DNA of 29,353 nucleotides from IMG/VR virus record IMGVR_UViG_2778261069_000009; one strand, written 5' to 3'. The notes beneath the pieces were generated by a model. That model made no database searches, was not told the DNA's origin, and saw only the letters and a program-made list of their open reading frames with translations. Every line of letters starts with the position of its first letter. Position 1 is the first letter of the stretch. The stretch comes from a virus (taxonomy: Duplodnaviria; Heunggongvirae; Uroviricota; Caudoviricetes). This document shows positions 7,727 through 17,157 of this stretch, piece by piece. The position numbers and the translations under genes were made by a program.

Positions 7727-8967
7727 TGTTCTTTTCGGGATTATTTCAACGAAAAAGTGACGCACCGGTGACCACGCCAGCAGAGCTGGCGGATGCTATC
7801 GGGTTGTCCTACGACACCTATACCGGAAAGCAGATCAGCAGTCAGCGGGCCATGCGACTGACGGCGGTTTTTTCCTGCGTCAGGGTGCTGGCGGAGTCGG
7901 TCGGGATGTTGCCCTGCAACCTGTATCACCTGAATGGCAGTCTGAAGCAGAGAGCCACTGGCGAACGTCTGCATAAGCTGATCTCCTCGCATCCTAATGG
8001 CTATATGACGCCGCAGGAGTTCTGGGAGCTGGTGGTCACCTGTCTGTGCCTGCGGGGCAACTTTTACGCCTACAAAGTGAAAGCATTTGGCGAAGTGGCT
8101 GAACTGCTGCCCGTCGATCCCGGCTGTGTGGTACCGAAGCTTAACAGTAGCTGGGAGCCGGTCTATCAGGTCACATTCCCGGACGGCTCAACGGATGTGC
8201 TGACCCAGGAGGATATCTGGCATGTGCGCACGCTGACGCTGGACGGTCTGGTGGGACTGAATCCCATCGCCTATGCCCGCGAGGCAATATCGCTGGCAGC
8301 AGCGACTGAAGAGCACGGTGCCAGACTGTTCAGCAATGGCGCGGTGACGTCCGGTGTGTTGCGTACAGAGCAGACGCTGTCGGATCAGGCTTATGAGCGC
8401 CTGAAGAAAGATTTTGAGGAGCGTCACACCGGGCTTGGCAATGCTCACCGCCCGATGATCCTTGAGATGGGGCTGGACTGGAAGTCGATGGCGCTGAACG
8501 CCGAGGACAGCCAGTTCCTGGAAACCCGCAAGTTTCAGCTTGAAGAAATCTGTCGTCTGTTCCGTGTGCCCTTGCACATGGTGCAGAACACCGATCGCGC
8601 CACCTTCAACAATATCGAAGAGCTGGGGCTGGGATTTATCAACTATTCACTGGTGCCGTATCTGACCCGCATCGAACAGCGGATCAACACCGGACTGGTA
8701 CGAAAAAGTAAGCAGGGCGTTTATTACGCCAAATTTAACGCCGGGGCGTTACTGCGCGGGGATATGAAGTCCCGTTTTGAAGCCTACGCCACCGGGATTA
8801 ACTGGGGAATTTACTCTCCCAATGACTGCCGCGACCTGGAAGATATGAATCCGCGTCCCGGTGGTGATGTCTATCTCACACCGATGAACATGACCACGAA
8901 ACCCTCCGATGGCAGTAAAGCCGGTAAGCAGAAGGATAACGCCAATGCAGACGAAACAACGTCTTGA
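7726..8967 (+). CDS. portal protein (HK97 family)
   Basis: 413 aa; GTG start after GGAGG; position after the large terminase; overall resemblance to HK97-type portals. Confidence 0.85.
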   Translation: MFFSGLFQRKSDAPVTTPAELADAIGLSYDTYTGKQISSQRAMRLTAVFSCVRVLAESVGMLPCNLYHLNGSLKQRATGERLHKLISSHPNGYMTPQEFWELVVTCLCLRGNFYAYKVKAFGEVAELLPVDPGCVVPKLNSSWEPVYQVTFPDGSTDVLTQEDIWHVRTLTLDGLVGLNPIAYAREAISLAAATEEHGARLFSNGAVTSGVLRTEQTLSDQAYERLKKDFEERHTGLGNAHRPMILEMGLDWKSMALNAEDSQFLETRKFQLEEICRLFRVPLHMVQNTDRATFNNIEELGLGFINYSLVPYLTRIEQRINTGLVRKSKQGVYYAKFNAGALLRGDMKSRFEAYATGINWGIYSPNDCRDLEDMNPRPGGDVYLTPMNMTTKPSDGSKAGKQKDNANADETTS

Positions 8968-9595
8968 TGTACCGCTGAGTCTGAAATCTGTCAGTGACTC
9001 CGGTGAGTTTGAAGGGTATGGCTCCGTCTTTGGTGTAAAGGACAGCCACGATGATGTGGTGATGTCCGGGGCATTTGCTGCTTCCCTGCGGGCGTGGAGT
9101 GACAGAAAAACGTTACCTGCGCTGCTCTGGCAGCACCGCATGGATGAACCCATCGGTGTTTACACCGAAATGAAGGAAGACGATGTCGGGCTTTACGTCA
9201 GGGGACGGTTGCTCATTGATGATGATCCCCTCGCAAAACGCGCACATGCACACATGAAGGCCGGTTCGTTAACCGGCCTTTCTATTGGGTACGTCCTGAA
9301 AGACTGGGAATATGATCGGAGCAAAGAAGCCTTTCTGTTGAAAGAAATCGACCTCTGGGAAGTCAGTCTGGTGACGTTCCCGTCTAACGACGAGGCGCGG
9401 ATCAGCAACGTCAAGAACGCGCTGGCCCGCGGGGAAATCCCCGAACAGAAAAAAATCGAAAGAGTCCTGCGTGATGTCGGACTCTCCCGTACCCAGGCCA
9501 AAGCATTCATGGCCGGGGGCTATGGCGCACTGTCCCTGCGCGACGCTGAGGATGTGGGCTCTGCACTGAATGCACTTAAAAATCTGAACTTCTAA
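8945..9595 (+). CDS. prohead protease (HK97 family)
   Basis: Start placed at ATG 8945 (AGGA 8 nt upstream) rather than the ORF-track 8909; EGYGSVFGVKDSHDDVV...GLSIGY typical of this protease family; overlaps the portal end. Confidence 0.8.
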   Translation: MQTKQRLDVPLSLKSVSDSGEFEGYGSVFGVKDSHDDVVMSGAFAASLRAWSDRKTLPALLWQHRMDEPIGVYTEMKEDDVGLYVRGRLLIDDDPLAKRAHAHMKAGSLTGLSIGYVLKDWEYDRSKEAFLLKEIDLWEVSLVTFPSNDEARISNVKNALARGEIPEQKKIERVLRDVGLSRTQAKAFMAGGYGALSLRDAEDVGSALNALKNLNF

Positions 9596-9609
9596 TCAGG
9601 AGAAATACG

Positions 9610-10815
9610 ATGGCGGTTGATATTAAAGATGTGGAACAGGTCGCGCAGGAGCTGCAGCAGAAGTTTGACGACTTCAAGGCAAAGAATGACAAGCGCGTGG
9701 ATGCGATTGAGCAGGAAAAAGGCAAACTTGCCGGGCAGGTGGAAACCCTGAACGGGAAACTCAGCGAGCTGGAAAATCTCAAAAGCGACCTTGAAAAAGA
9801 GCTGCTTGAGCTGAAACGTCCGGCAGGTGGTGCGCAAAATAAACTGGCCACAGAGCACAAAGAGGCGTTTGTGGGCTTTCTGCGTAAAGGCCGTGAAGAC
9901 GGTCTGCGCGATCTGGAGCGCAAGGCATTGCAGGTGGGCACCGATGAAGACGGTGGCTATGCCGTGCCGGAAGCACTGGATCGCAACATTCTCACCCTGC
10001 TGAAAGATGAAGTGGTGATGCGCCAGGAAGCCACGGTGATCACTGTTGGCGGTTCCGACTACAAAAAACTGGTGAATCTGGGCGGCACGGCTTCCGGATG
10101 GGTGGGCGAGACTGACGCGCGCTCTCAGACTGCCACCTCAAAACTGGGACTGATTGAACCTTTCATGGGGGAAATCTACGGTAACCCGCAGGCCACCCAG
10201 AAAATGCTGGACGATGCCTTTTTCAACGTGGAGGCCTGGATCAACAGCGAGCTGGCAACCGAATTTGCCGAACAGGAAGAAATTGCCTTTACCTCCGGCG
10301 ATGGCACCAAGAAGCCAAAAGGGTTCCTGGCGTATGAATCCACTGATGAAACCGATAAGGTCCGGGCGTTCGGCAAACTTCAGCATATTGTATCCGGCGA
10401 CGCGACTGCGGTGACCGCAGACGCCATTATCAAACTGATTTACACGCTGCGAAAGGCACACCGCACTGGCGCGAAGTTCATGATGAACAACAACAGCCTG
10501 TTTGCCATCCGTCTGCTGAAAGACACCGAGGGTAATTATCTGTGGCGTCCGGGGCTGGAACTGGGGCAGCCGTCCTCTCTGGCGGGTTACGGTATCGCTG
10601 AAAACGAACAGATGCCGGATATCGCCGCTGATGCGAAAGCCATTGCATTTGGTAACTTCAAACGGGGTTACACCATCGTTGACCGTATCGGCACCCGCAT
10701 TCTGCGTGATCCGTACACCAATAAACCGTTTGTCGGTTTTTATACCACCAAGCGCACCGGCGGGATGCTGGTCGATTCGCAGGCCATCAAACTGCTGAAG
10801 ATTGCAGCGGCGTAA
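9610..10815 (+). CDS. major capsid protein (HK97 fold) with N-terminal coiled-coil delta-like region
   Basis: 401 aa; charged coiled-coil N-terminus then capsid-like body; follows the protease as in HK97-type head modules. Confidence 0.85.
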   Translation: MAVDIKDVEQVAQELQQKFDDFKAKNDKRVDAIEQEKGKLAGQVETLNGKLSELENLKSDLEKELLELKRPAGGAQNKLATEHKEAFVGFLRKGREDGLRDLERKALQVGTDEDGGYAVPEALDRNILTLLKDEVVMRQEATVITVGGSDYKKLVNLGGTASGWVGETDARSQTATSKLGLIEPFMGEIYGNPQATQKMLDDAFFNVEAWINSELATEFAEQEEIAFTSGDGTKKPKGFLAYESTDETDKVRAFGKLQHIVSGDATAVTADAIIKLIYTLRKAHRTGAKFMMNNNSLFAIRLLKDTEGNYLWRPGLELGQPSSLAGYGIAENEQMPDIAADAKAIAFGNFKRGYTIVDRIGTRILRDPYTNKPFVGFYTTKRTGGMLVDSQAIKLLKIAAA

Positions 10816-10821
10816 TCATTC

Positions 10822-10844
10822 AGGGGCGCGGAACCGCGTCCCCT
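10822..10844 (+). other. GC-rich stem-loop just after the major capsid gene
   Basis: AGGGGCGCGG-AA-CCGCGTCCCCT; no T-tract follows, so not a classical terminator. Confidence 0.35.
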
Positions 10845-10864
10845 GTCCTGACGGGTGAAGAATC

Positions 10865-11065
10865 ATGATCCTGAAACAAGATCTGAAATGGTCACCGGAC
10901 GGTATGCGTGTTGAGGTCATTCGGGCCGGTGAGTATGACGACGGGGCGCTTCCTGCCCGGGTGCAGGAGATTGCACTTCAGGCCGGGTTAGCTGAGCGCG
11001 GAACCAGTGCAAAAAGCAGTAAAGCGGCAAAAGAGAAAAAAGCCACGACCAGTAAAGAGAGCTGA
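10865..11065 (+). CDS. hypothetical small protein with Lys/Ser-rich tail
   Basis: 66-aa ORF in phage-like GC context between capsid and connector genes. Confidence 0.4.
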   Translation: MILKQDLKWSPDGMRVEVIRAGEYDDGALPARVQEIALQAGLAERGTSAKSSKAAKEKKATTSKES

Positions 11066-11067
11066 GT

Positions 11068-11391
11068 ATGCTTCTGACAATGGAAGAGATTAAAGCCCAA
11101 CTCCGGCTGGATGAGGATTTCGATGCTGATGACCGCCATCTGCAACTGCTGGCCTGTGCGGCGCAAAAGCGGACGGAAACGTATCTGAACCGGAAGCTCT
11201 ATGCACCGGATGAATCCATTCCGGACAGCGATCCGGACGGGCTGCACCTGCCGGATGATATTCGTCTGGGGATGCTGATGCTTATCAGCCATTTTTACGA
11301 AAACCGCTCGTCGGTTACGGAAGTGGAGAAACTCGACATGCCGCAGAGTTTTGGCTGGCTTGTCGGCCCGTACAGGTACTTTCCGCAATGA
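11068..11391 (+). CDS. head-tail connector protein (gp6-like)
   Basis: 107 aa starting MLLTMEEIKAQLRLDEDFDADD, characteristic of this family; position after the capsid gene. Confidence 0.7.
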   Translation: MLLTMEEIKAQLRLDEDFDADDRHLQLLACAAQKRTETYLNRKLYAPDESIPDSDPDGLHLPDDIRLGMLMLISHFYENRSSVTEVEKLDMPQSFGWLVGPYRYFPQ

Positions 11392-11798
11392 AAATTCGTC
11401 AGGCGCAGACCAGCGCAACCTACATTCTGCCGGACCCCGGTGAACTGAATAAACGCGTCCTGATCCGCCAGCGGGTGGATATGCCCGCGGATAACTTTGG
11501 CGTGGAGCCTCAATACCCGGTTACGTTCCGGACATGTGCGAAGGTTATCCAGACCAGTGCCACCACCTGGCAGGAGACCGCGCAGACCGGGGACGCCATC
11601 ACCCATTACATCACCATTCGTTACCGCCGGGGGATCACTGCTGATTATGAGGTGGTCTGTGATGACAGTGTGTACCGGGTGAAACGTCAGCGTGATCTGA
11701 ACGGGGCGCGGCGCTTTCTGCTGCTGGAGTGTACGGAGCTGGGCGAATGTAGGCAGAGTCACGGAGGCAGCAATGGCGACTCCCTTTTTTCACGTTGA
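11388..11798 (+). CDS. head closure / head-tail adaptor protein
   Basis: 136 aa; ATGA-type overlap with the upstream gene; position. Confidence 0.6.
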   Translation: MKIRQAQTSATYILPDPGELNKRVLIRQRVDMPADNFGVEPQYPVTFRTCAKVIQTSATTWQETAQTGDAITHYITIRYRRGITADYEVVCDDSVYRVKRQRDLNGARRFLLLECTELGECRQSHGGSNGDSLFSR

Positions 11799-12279
11799 TG
11801 TTCAGCAGCCCGCCGAGATGCGCTTTAACCGCGCCCGTGTCCGGCGGGCGTTTGTCACGATTGGGCAGCGTCATATGCGTGATGCCCGTCGGCTGGTGAT
11901 GCGCCGTGCGCGGTCGGCACCGGGTGAAAACCCCGGTTATCAGACCGGACGCCTGGCTCGTTCGATTGGTTATATGGTGCCGAGAGCCAGTAAAAAGCGA
12001 GCCGGTTTTATGACACGCATTGCCCCTAACCAGCGCAACGGGAAGGGGAACCGGATGATCTCTGGTGACTTCTATCCGGCGTTTCTGTTTTTTGGTGTCC
12101 GGGGAGGAGCAAAACGTCGTCGTAGTCATCATCGTGGTGCATCCGGTGGCAGCGGCTGGCGACTGGCTCCACGTAATAACTTCATGGTGGAAACGCTTGA
12201 AAAGAACCGCAGCTGGACACGCTATTTTCTGGCGCGGGAATTGCGTAAATCACTGAAGCCGGAGCGACGACACAGATGA
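11773..12279 (+). CDS. virion neck/tail component (HK97 gp10-like)
   Basis: 168 aa, very basic; position between the head-completion and tail genes. Confidence 0.55.
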   Translation: MATPFFHVDVQQPAEMRFNRARVRRAFVTIGQRHMRDARRLVMRRARSAPGENPGYQTGRLARSIGYMVPRASKKRAGFMTRIAPNQRNGKGNRMISGDFYPAFLFFGVRGGAKRRRSHHRGASGGSGWRLAPRNNFMVETLEKNRSWTRYFLARELRKSLKPERRHR

Positions 12280-12836
12280 AACTGACGCCTGTTATTGCTG
12301 CGCTGCGTGCCCGCTGCCCGTATTTTGAAAACCGGGTGGCAGGCGCGGCACAGTTCAAAAATCTGCCGGAGGTCGGAAAGCTGAGACTCCCGGCGGCGTA
12401 TGTGGTACCGGGTGATGACTCTCCGGGAGAAAACAAAAGCCAGACCGACTACTGGCAGGAGCTGAAAGAGGGTTTCTCCGTGGTTGTCATACTGAGTAAC
12501 GGGCGTGATGAGCGCGGTCAGTTTGCCTCGTATGATGTGGTGGACGATGTCCGGCAGATGCTCTTTAAGGCTCTGCTGGGCTGGAACCCGGAGGCGTGCG
12601 GTAACCCGATTACCTATGACGGCGGCACGCTGCTGGATCTGAATCGTCATGAGCTGATTTATCAGTTCGATTTTTCGGTCATCAGCGAGCTGACTGAAGA
12701 CGATACCCGCCAGCAGGATGATCTGAACAGTCTGGATGAACTGCAAACGCTGGCGATTGATGTTGATTATCTCGAGCCCGGTAACGGGCCTGACGGCGAT
12801 ATCGAACATCACACCGAAATAACCCTTCCTTCCTGA
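12276..12836 (+). CDS. hypothetical virion protein (tail completion candidate)
   Basis: 186 aa; overlaps the upstream stop; precedes the sheath gene. Confidence 0.5.
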   Translation: MKLTPVIAALRARCPYFENRVAGAAQFKNLPEVGKLRLPAAYVVPGDDSPGENKSQTDYWQELKEGFSVVVILSNGRDERGQFASYDVVDDVRQMLFKALLGWNPEACGNPITYDGGTLLDLNRHELIYQFDFSVISELTEDDTRQQDDLNSLDELQTLAIDVDYLEPGNGPDGDIEHHTEITLPS

Positions 12837-12844
12837 GAATCTTC

Positions 12845-13015
12845 ATGTTTGTGAAACCTGTTAAAGGGCGGTCAGTTCCTGACCCTGCCCGCGGCGACCT
12901 TTTGCCCGCCGAGGGGCGAAATGTTGATGAGAACAACTACTGGCTGCGCCGTGAAGCCGCGGGTGATATCCGGCGCGTGAATAAAAAGGTGAACACCGAT
13001 GACGATAAGCTTTAA
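12845..13015 (+). CDS. possible small ORF (56 aa) before the sheath gene
   Basis: ATG 12845 to TAA 13013-13015, MFVKPVKGRSVPDPARGDLLPAEG; overlaps the sheath start by 17 nt; below the ORF-track size cutoff. Confidence 0.3.
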   Translation: MFVKPVKGRSVPDPARGDLLPAEGRNVDENNYWLRREAAGDIRRVNKKVNTDDDKL

Positions 13016-14495
13016 CACCATTCCGTCGAATACGCTGGTTCCGCTGTTTTATGCGGAAATGGATAACCAGGCGGCGAATACTGCACAGGACAGCGGAGCA
13101 TCGCTGCTGATTGGTCACGCCAATAACGGTGCAGAGATTGTTGCCAACAGTCTGGTGCTGATGCCGTCGGCAGACTATGCACGCCAGATTTGTGGTGCGG
13201 GAAGTCAGCTGGCGCGTATGGTCGAGGCTTATCGCCAGACCGACCCGTTTGGCGAGCTGTATGTGATTGCCGTTCCGGAAGCCACAGGCGCGGCGGCAAC
13301 GGTTACGCTGACGGTGACCGGAGCAGCAACCGAAACCGGCACGGTGAATGTTTATGTGGGACGTACCCGCGTGCAGGCACCGGTGACCAACGGCGATAAC
13401 GTCACGACGATTGCCAGCAGTATCCAGGATGCCATCAATGCCGTTCCGGCCCTGCCGTTTACGGCCTCATCTTCGGCAGGCGTGGTCACACTGACCGCGC
13501 GTCATAAGGGGCTTTGCGGGAATGAAATTCCTGTCAGCCTCAATTACTACGGCTTTGGTGGGGGCGAAGTGCTGCCAGCGGGCGTACAGATTGCCGTGGC
13601 GACGGGGACCGCCGGAACGGGCGCTCCGGTTCTCACCGGTGCGGTGGCTGCAATGGCGGATGAGCCGTTTGATTATATCGGTCTGCCGTTCAACGACACG
13701 GCCTCCGTTAACACGCTGGTGACCGAGATGAACGATACCAGCGGTCGCTGGAGCTATGCGCGTCAGCTGTATGGTCATGTGTATACGGCAAAGATCGGCA
13801 CGCTGTCAGAACTGGTGACCGCAGGTGACCAGTTTAACCAGCAGCACATCACCCTGGCGGGGTACGAAAAAGAGACCCAGACGCCTGCCGACGAGCTGGC
13901 GGCAAGCCGTACCGCCCGCGCAGCGGTGTTTATCCGCAACGATCCGGCACGTCCCACGCAGACCGGTGAGCTGGTGGGTATGCTGCCTGCGCCGAAGGGG
14001 AAACGGTTCACGATGACCGAGCAGCAGACCCTGCTGTCTCATGGCGTGGCAACGGCGTATGTCGAAAGCGGGGTGCTGCGCATTCAGCGTGATGTCACCA
14101 CGTACAGGGAAAATGCTTACGGGGTTGCGGATAACAGCTACCTCGACAGCGAGACGCTGCATACCAGTGCGTATGTACTGCGCAAACTGAAATCCGTCAT
14201 TACCAGTAAGTACGGGCGTCACAAGCTTGCCAGCGACGGTACCCGCTTTGGTCCCGGTCAGGCGATTGTCACCCCGGCGGTGATCAAAGGGGAACTGCTG
14301 GCAACCTACCGTCAGCTTGAGCGTGCGGGGATCGTGGAAAACTACGAACTTTTTAAGCAGTACCTGGTTGTGGAGCGTGATGCCAGCGATCCGAACCGCC
14401 TGAACACGCTGTTCCCGCCTGACTATGTTAACCAGTTGCGTGTCTTTGCCGTGGTTAACCAGTTCCGTCTTCAGTATTCAGAGGAGTCCGCATAA
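12999..14495 (+). CDS. contractile tail sheath protein (Mu L-like)
   Basis: 498 aa; immediately followed by the tube gene with an ATGG-type junction; order matches Mu L-M. Confidence 0.85.
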   Translation: MTISFNTIPSNTLVPLFYAEMDNQAANTAQDSGASLLIGHANNGAEIVANSLVLMPSADYARQICGAGSQLARMVEAYRQTDPFGELYVIAVPEATGAAATVTLTVTGAATETGTVNVYVGRTRVQAPVTNGDNVTTIASSIQDAINAVPALPFTASSSAGVVTLTARHKGLCGNEIPVSLNYYGFGGGEVLPAGVQIAVATGTAGTGAPVLTGAVAAMADEPFDYIGLPFNDTASVNTLVTEMNDTSGRWSYARQLYGHVYTAKIGTLSELVTAGDQFNQQHITLAGYEKETQTPADELAASRTARAAVFIRNDPARPTQTGELVGMLPAPKGKRFTMTEQQTLLSHGVATAYVESGVLRIQRDVTTYRENAYGVADNSYLDSETLHTSAYVLRKLKSVITSKYGRHKLASDGTRFGPGQAIVTPAVIKGELLATYRQLERAGIVENYELFKQYLVVERDASDPNRLNTLFPPDYVNQLRVFAVVNQFRLQYSEESA

Positions 14496-14851
14496 TGGCC
14501 CGTATCGGGGGAACCTGTTATTTCAAAATTGACGGTCAGCAGCTATCGCTGACCGGCGGCATTGAGGTGCCCATGAACAGGACGGTCAATGATGACATCA
14601 TCGGCCTGGACGGTTCAGTGGACCGCAAGGAAACTCACCGTGCGCCTTATGTCAAAGGGACCTTCAAGGTGCCGAAGAATTTTCCGGTGAGCAAAATCAC
14701 CTCGTCTGATGAGATGACAATCACTGCCGAGCTGGCGAACGGTCAGGTCTATGTACTGTCGTCTGCCTGGCTGCACGGCGAAGCGAACCATAATGCCGAA
14801 GAAGGCACGGTTGATCTTGAGTTCCACGGTGAAGAAGGGGATTACCAGTAA
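14495..14851 (+). CDS. tail tube protein (Mu M-like)
   Basis: 118 aa directly after the sheath gene. Confidence 0.8.
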   Translation: MARIGGTCYFKIDGQQLSLTGGIEVPMNRTVNDDIIGLDGSVDRKETHRAPYVKGTFKVPKNFPVSKITSSDEMTITAELANGQVYVLSSAWLHGEANHNAEEGTVDLEFHGEEGDYQ

Positions 14852-15120
14852 TGAAAGAGCTTGAGTTAAAGAAACCGATTATTGCTCATGGCGAGACACT
14901 CTCCGTACTGGAGTTTGATGAACCCACCGGGAAGGATGTCCGCGAGCTGGGGTATCCCTACCAGATGAATCAGGATGAGTCCGTCAGACTTCTGGCGCAT
15001 GTGGTGTCGAAATACATTGTGCGGCTGGCGAAAGTGCCGCAAAGCTCTGTCGACCAGATGTCTCCGGCAGACCTGAATGCAGCGGCGTGGCTTGTGGCCG
15101 GTTTTTTCCTCCAGGCCTGA
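14851..15120 (+). CDS. tail assembly chaperone (short, G-like form)
   Basis: 89-aa ORF between the tube and tape measure genes; slippery site near its 3' end. Confidence 0.7.
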   Translation: MKELELKKPIIAHGETLSVLEFDEPTGKDVRELGYPYQMNQDESVRLLAHVVSKYIVRLAKVPQSSVDQMSPADLNAAAWLVAGFFLQA

Positions 15121-15269
15121 CGGCTGAATACCTCACTGATCGCTTCTTTGACTGCGCCAGCTACTGGCGCATTAATCCCTTCGAATTGCTGAATATGCCG
15201 ATCAGTGAAATTCCCTTGCTGGTCAGTCAGGCAAACAGGATAGAGCAGGAGAAACGCACACATGGCTGA
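15102..15269 (+). CDS. -1 frame extension of the tail assembly chaperone (GT-like product)
   Basis: T_TTT_TTC heptamer at 15102-15108 in the zero frame of the chaperone; the -1 frame stays open to 15269 and overlaps the tape measure start. Confidence 0.55.
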   Translation, partial: FFPPGLTAEYLTDRFFDCASYWRINPFELLNMPISEIPLLVSQANRIEQEKRTHG

Positions 15270-17097
15270 ATTTGAGCTTAAGGCGTTGATCACCGGTGTC
15301 GACAGGCTTTCTCCCGCGCTGTCGAAAATGCAAAAGAAAATCCGGGGATTTAAACGCCAGGCGGAAGAAGCGTCACAGGGTGGGCTGGCGCTTGGTGGCG
15401 GACTGGCAGCGGGTCTGACGCTTTCCCTGAAATCTTATGCCGATCAGGAAAACGCCGCCACCGGGCTGAAAGTCGCCATGATGGATGCGAACGGCGAGGT
15501 TGGAAAGAGCTTTCAGGACATCAATAAACTGGCTATTGGTCTGGGTAACCAGCTACCCGGTACAACGGCTGATTTCCAGAACATGATGCAGATGCTGGTG
15601 CGTCAGGGGATCCCGGCAGAAAACATTCTGGGTGGTGTGGGTAAAGCGACAGCTTATCTTGCGGTACAACTGAAAAAAACACCGGAAGCGGCTGCTGAGT
15701 TTGCTGCAAAGATGCAGGATGCTACCGGAACGGCGTCAGAAGACATGATGGGGCTGTTCGACACTATCCAGAAGGCGTTTTATCTGGGCGTTGACGATAC
15801 CAACATGTTGTCCTTCTTCACTAAAACCAGTTCTGTTCTGAAGATGGTGAATAAGGACGGTCTTCAGGCTGCACAGAGCCTTGCCCCTATCAGCGTCATG
15901 ATGGATCAGATGGGGATGAATGGGGAGTCGGCAGGTAATGCCCTGCGAAAAGTTATCCAGTCCGGATTAAGCGTTAAGAAAATCAGGGACGTCAATAAAG
16001 TCATGGCCCGCCAGAAACTCGGGGTGCAGCTCGATTTTACTGACAGCAAAGGGAGTTTTGGCGGTCTTGATAACATGTTTAAGCAACTGGCAAAGCTGCG
16101 AAAACTGACCGACGTTAAGCGAACAGGTGTACTTAAGGCAATATTTGGTGATGATGCCGAAACCCTTCAGGTGGTCAATGCCCTGATCGATAAAGGAAAG
16201 GATGGTTACGATCAGATCCAGCAGAAGATGAATAAACAGGCCAGCCTGAATAAACGTGTTCAGGCACAGCTTGGTACGCTGTCCAACCTGTGGGAGGCAA
16301 TGACGGGGACCGCAACTAACGGTCTTGCAGCTATTGGCGGCGCATTTTCTGGTGACGCTAAAAATATCACGCAATGGCTGGGGGAGTTGGGGGAAAAATT
16401 CACGAAGTTTGCGGATGAAAATCCCCGGGTTATTCGCGGCGTCGTCGGGCTTGCTGCCGGTCTTGCGATTCTGAAACTGGGATTGATGGGCGTGGGCAGT
16501 GCCATCAGTATTGTCAGCAGGATCATGTCGATGACGCCGATTGGCATGATTGCGACGGCGATAGCCCTGGCTGCGGGATTAATTATCACTAACTGGGATG
16601 TTGTCGGACCTTATTTTAAGAAACTCTGGGAAACCATTGGTCCTTATTTTGAGGCTGGCTGGGAACTTCTGAAGAAGGTTTTTGCCTGGTCGCCGCTGGG
16701 GATGGTAATCAATAACTGGGGACCGGTTGTTAAGTGGTTTCAGGATATGTGGGACAAGCTGAAGCCAATTATTGAGTGGTTTACCGACAGTTCCGGTGAC
16801 ACGGTCGATGCCATTAACTCTGCGCAGTGGGGCGCGGGTGCTTATGATGCTTATGGGACGGGAATACCGGCGCGGGGATACACACCTTATCCGGCGGTGG
16901 ATCCGGCTCAGTCAAACAACGCCTCCGATGCCACAGGCTCGAATCCCTTCATGATTAACAAAGCTTCTGCGCCAAAAGTTGATGGTGAGATCAAGGTCTC
17001 TTTTGTGAATTCGCCTCCGGGGATGCGGGTTATGGAAACGCGATCCAGCGGTTTTGATGTCAGCCATGATGTTGGCTATACGCGCTTTGGCAGGTAA
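15262..17097 (+). CDS. tail tape measure protein
   Basis: 611 aa; N-terminal helical region and a Gly/Ala-rich hydrophobic middle (GLAAGLAILKLGLMGVGSAISIV); position after the chaperone pair. Confidence 0.85.
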   Translation: MAEFELKALITGVDRLSPALSKMQKKIRGFKRQAEEASQGGLALGGGLAAGLTLSLKSYADQENAATGLKVAMMDANGEVGKSFQDINKLAIGLGNQLPGTTADFQNMMQMLVRQGIPAENILGGVGKATAYLAVQLKKTPEAAAEFAAKMQDATGTASEDMMGLFDTIQKAFYLGVDDTNMLSFFTKTSSVLKMVNKDGLQAAQSLAPISVMMDQMGMNGESAGNALRKVIQSGLSVKKIRDVNKVMARQKLGVQLDFTDSKGSFGGLDNMFKQLAKLRKLTDVKRTGVLKAIFGDDAETLQVVNALIDKGKDGYDQIQQKMNKQASLNKRVQAQLGTLSNLWEAMTGTATNGLAAIGGAFSGDAKNITQWLGELGEKFTKFADENPRVIRGVVGLAAGLAILKLGLMGVGSAISIVSRIMSMTPIGMIATAIALAAGLIITNWDVVGPYFKKLWETIGPYFEAGWELLKKVFAWSPLGMVINNWGPVVKWFQDMWDKLKPIIEWFTDSSGDTVDAINSAQWGAGAYDAYGTGIPARGYTPYPAVDPAQSNNASDATGSNPFMINKASAPKVDGEIKVSFVNSPPGMRVMETRSSGFDVSHDVGYTRFGR

Positions 17098-17157
17098 TGA
17101 AAAATTAATCTGTTAATGAGTCCCACTCCGGTGGGATTTTTTATGTACGGAGTTTAT

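Noticed and set aside
8188-9153. Minus-strand ORFs of 129-134 aa inside the portal and protease genes
   Set aside because: Antisense shadow frames with no independent start signals.
11295-12812. Several long minus-strand ORFs (155-196 aa) across the connector and neck genes
   Set aside because: They overlap an unbroken plus-strand gene series with overlapping stop/start junctions; in GC-rich DNA long antisense frames are expected by chance.
13806-14222. Minus-strand ORFs inside the sheath gene and 17838-18335 inside the N-like gene
   Set aside because: Same reasoning: embedded antisense frames in GC-rich genes.
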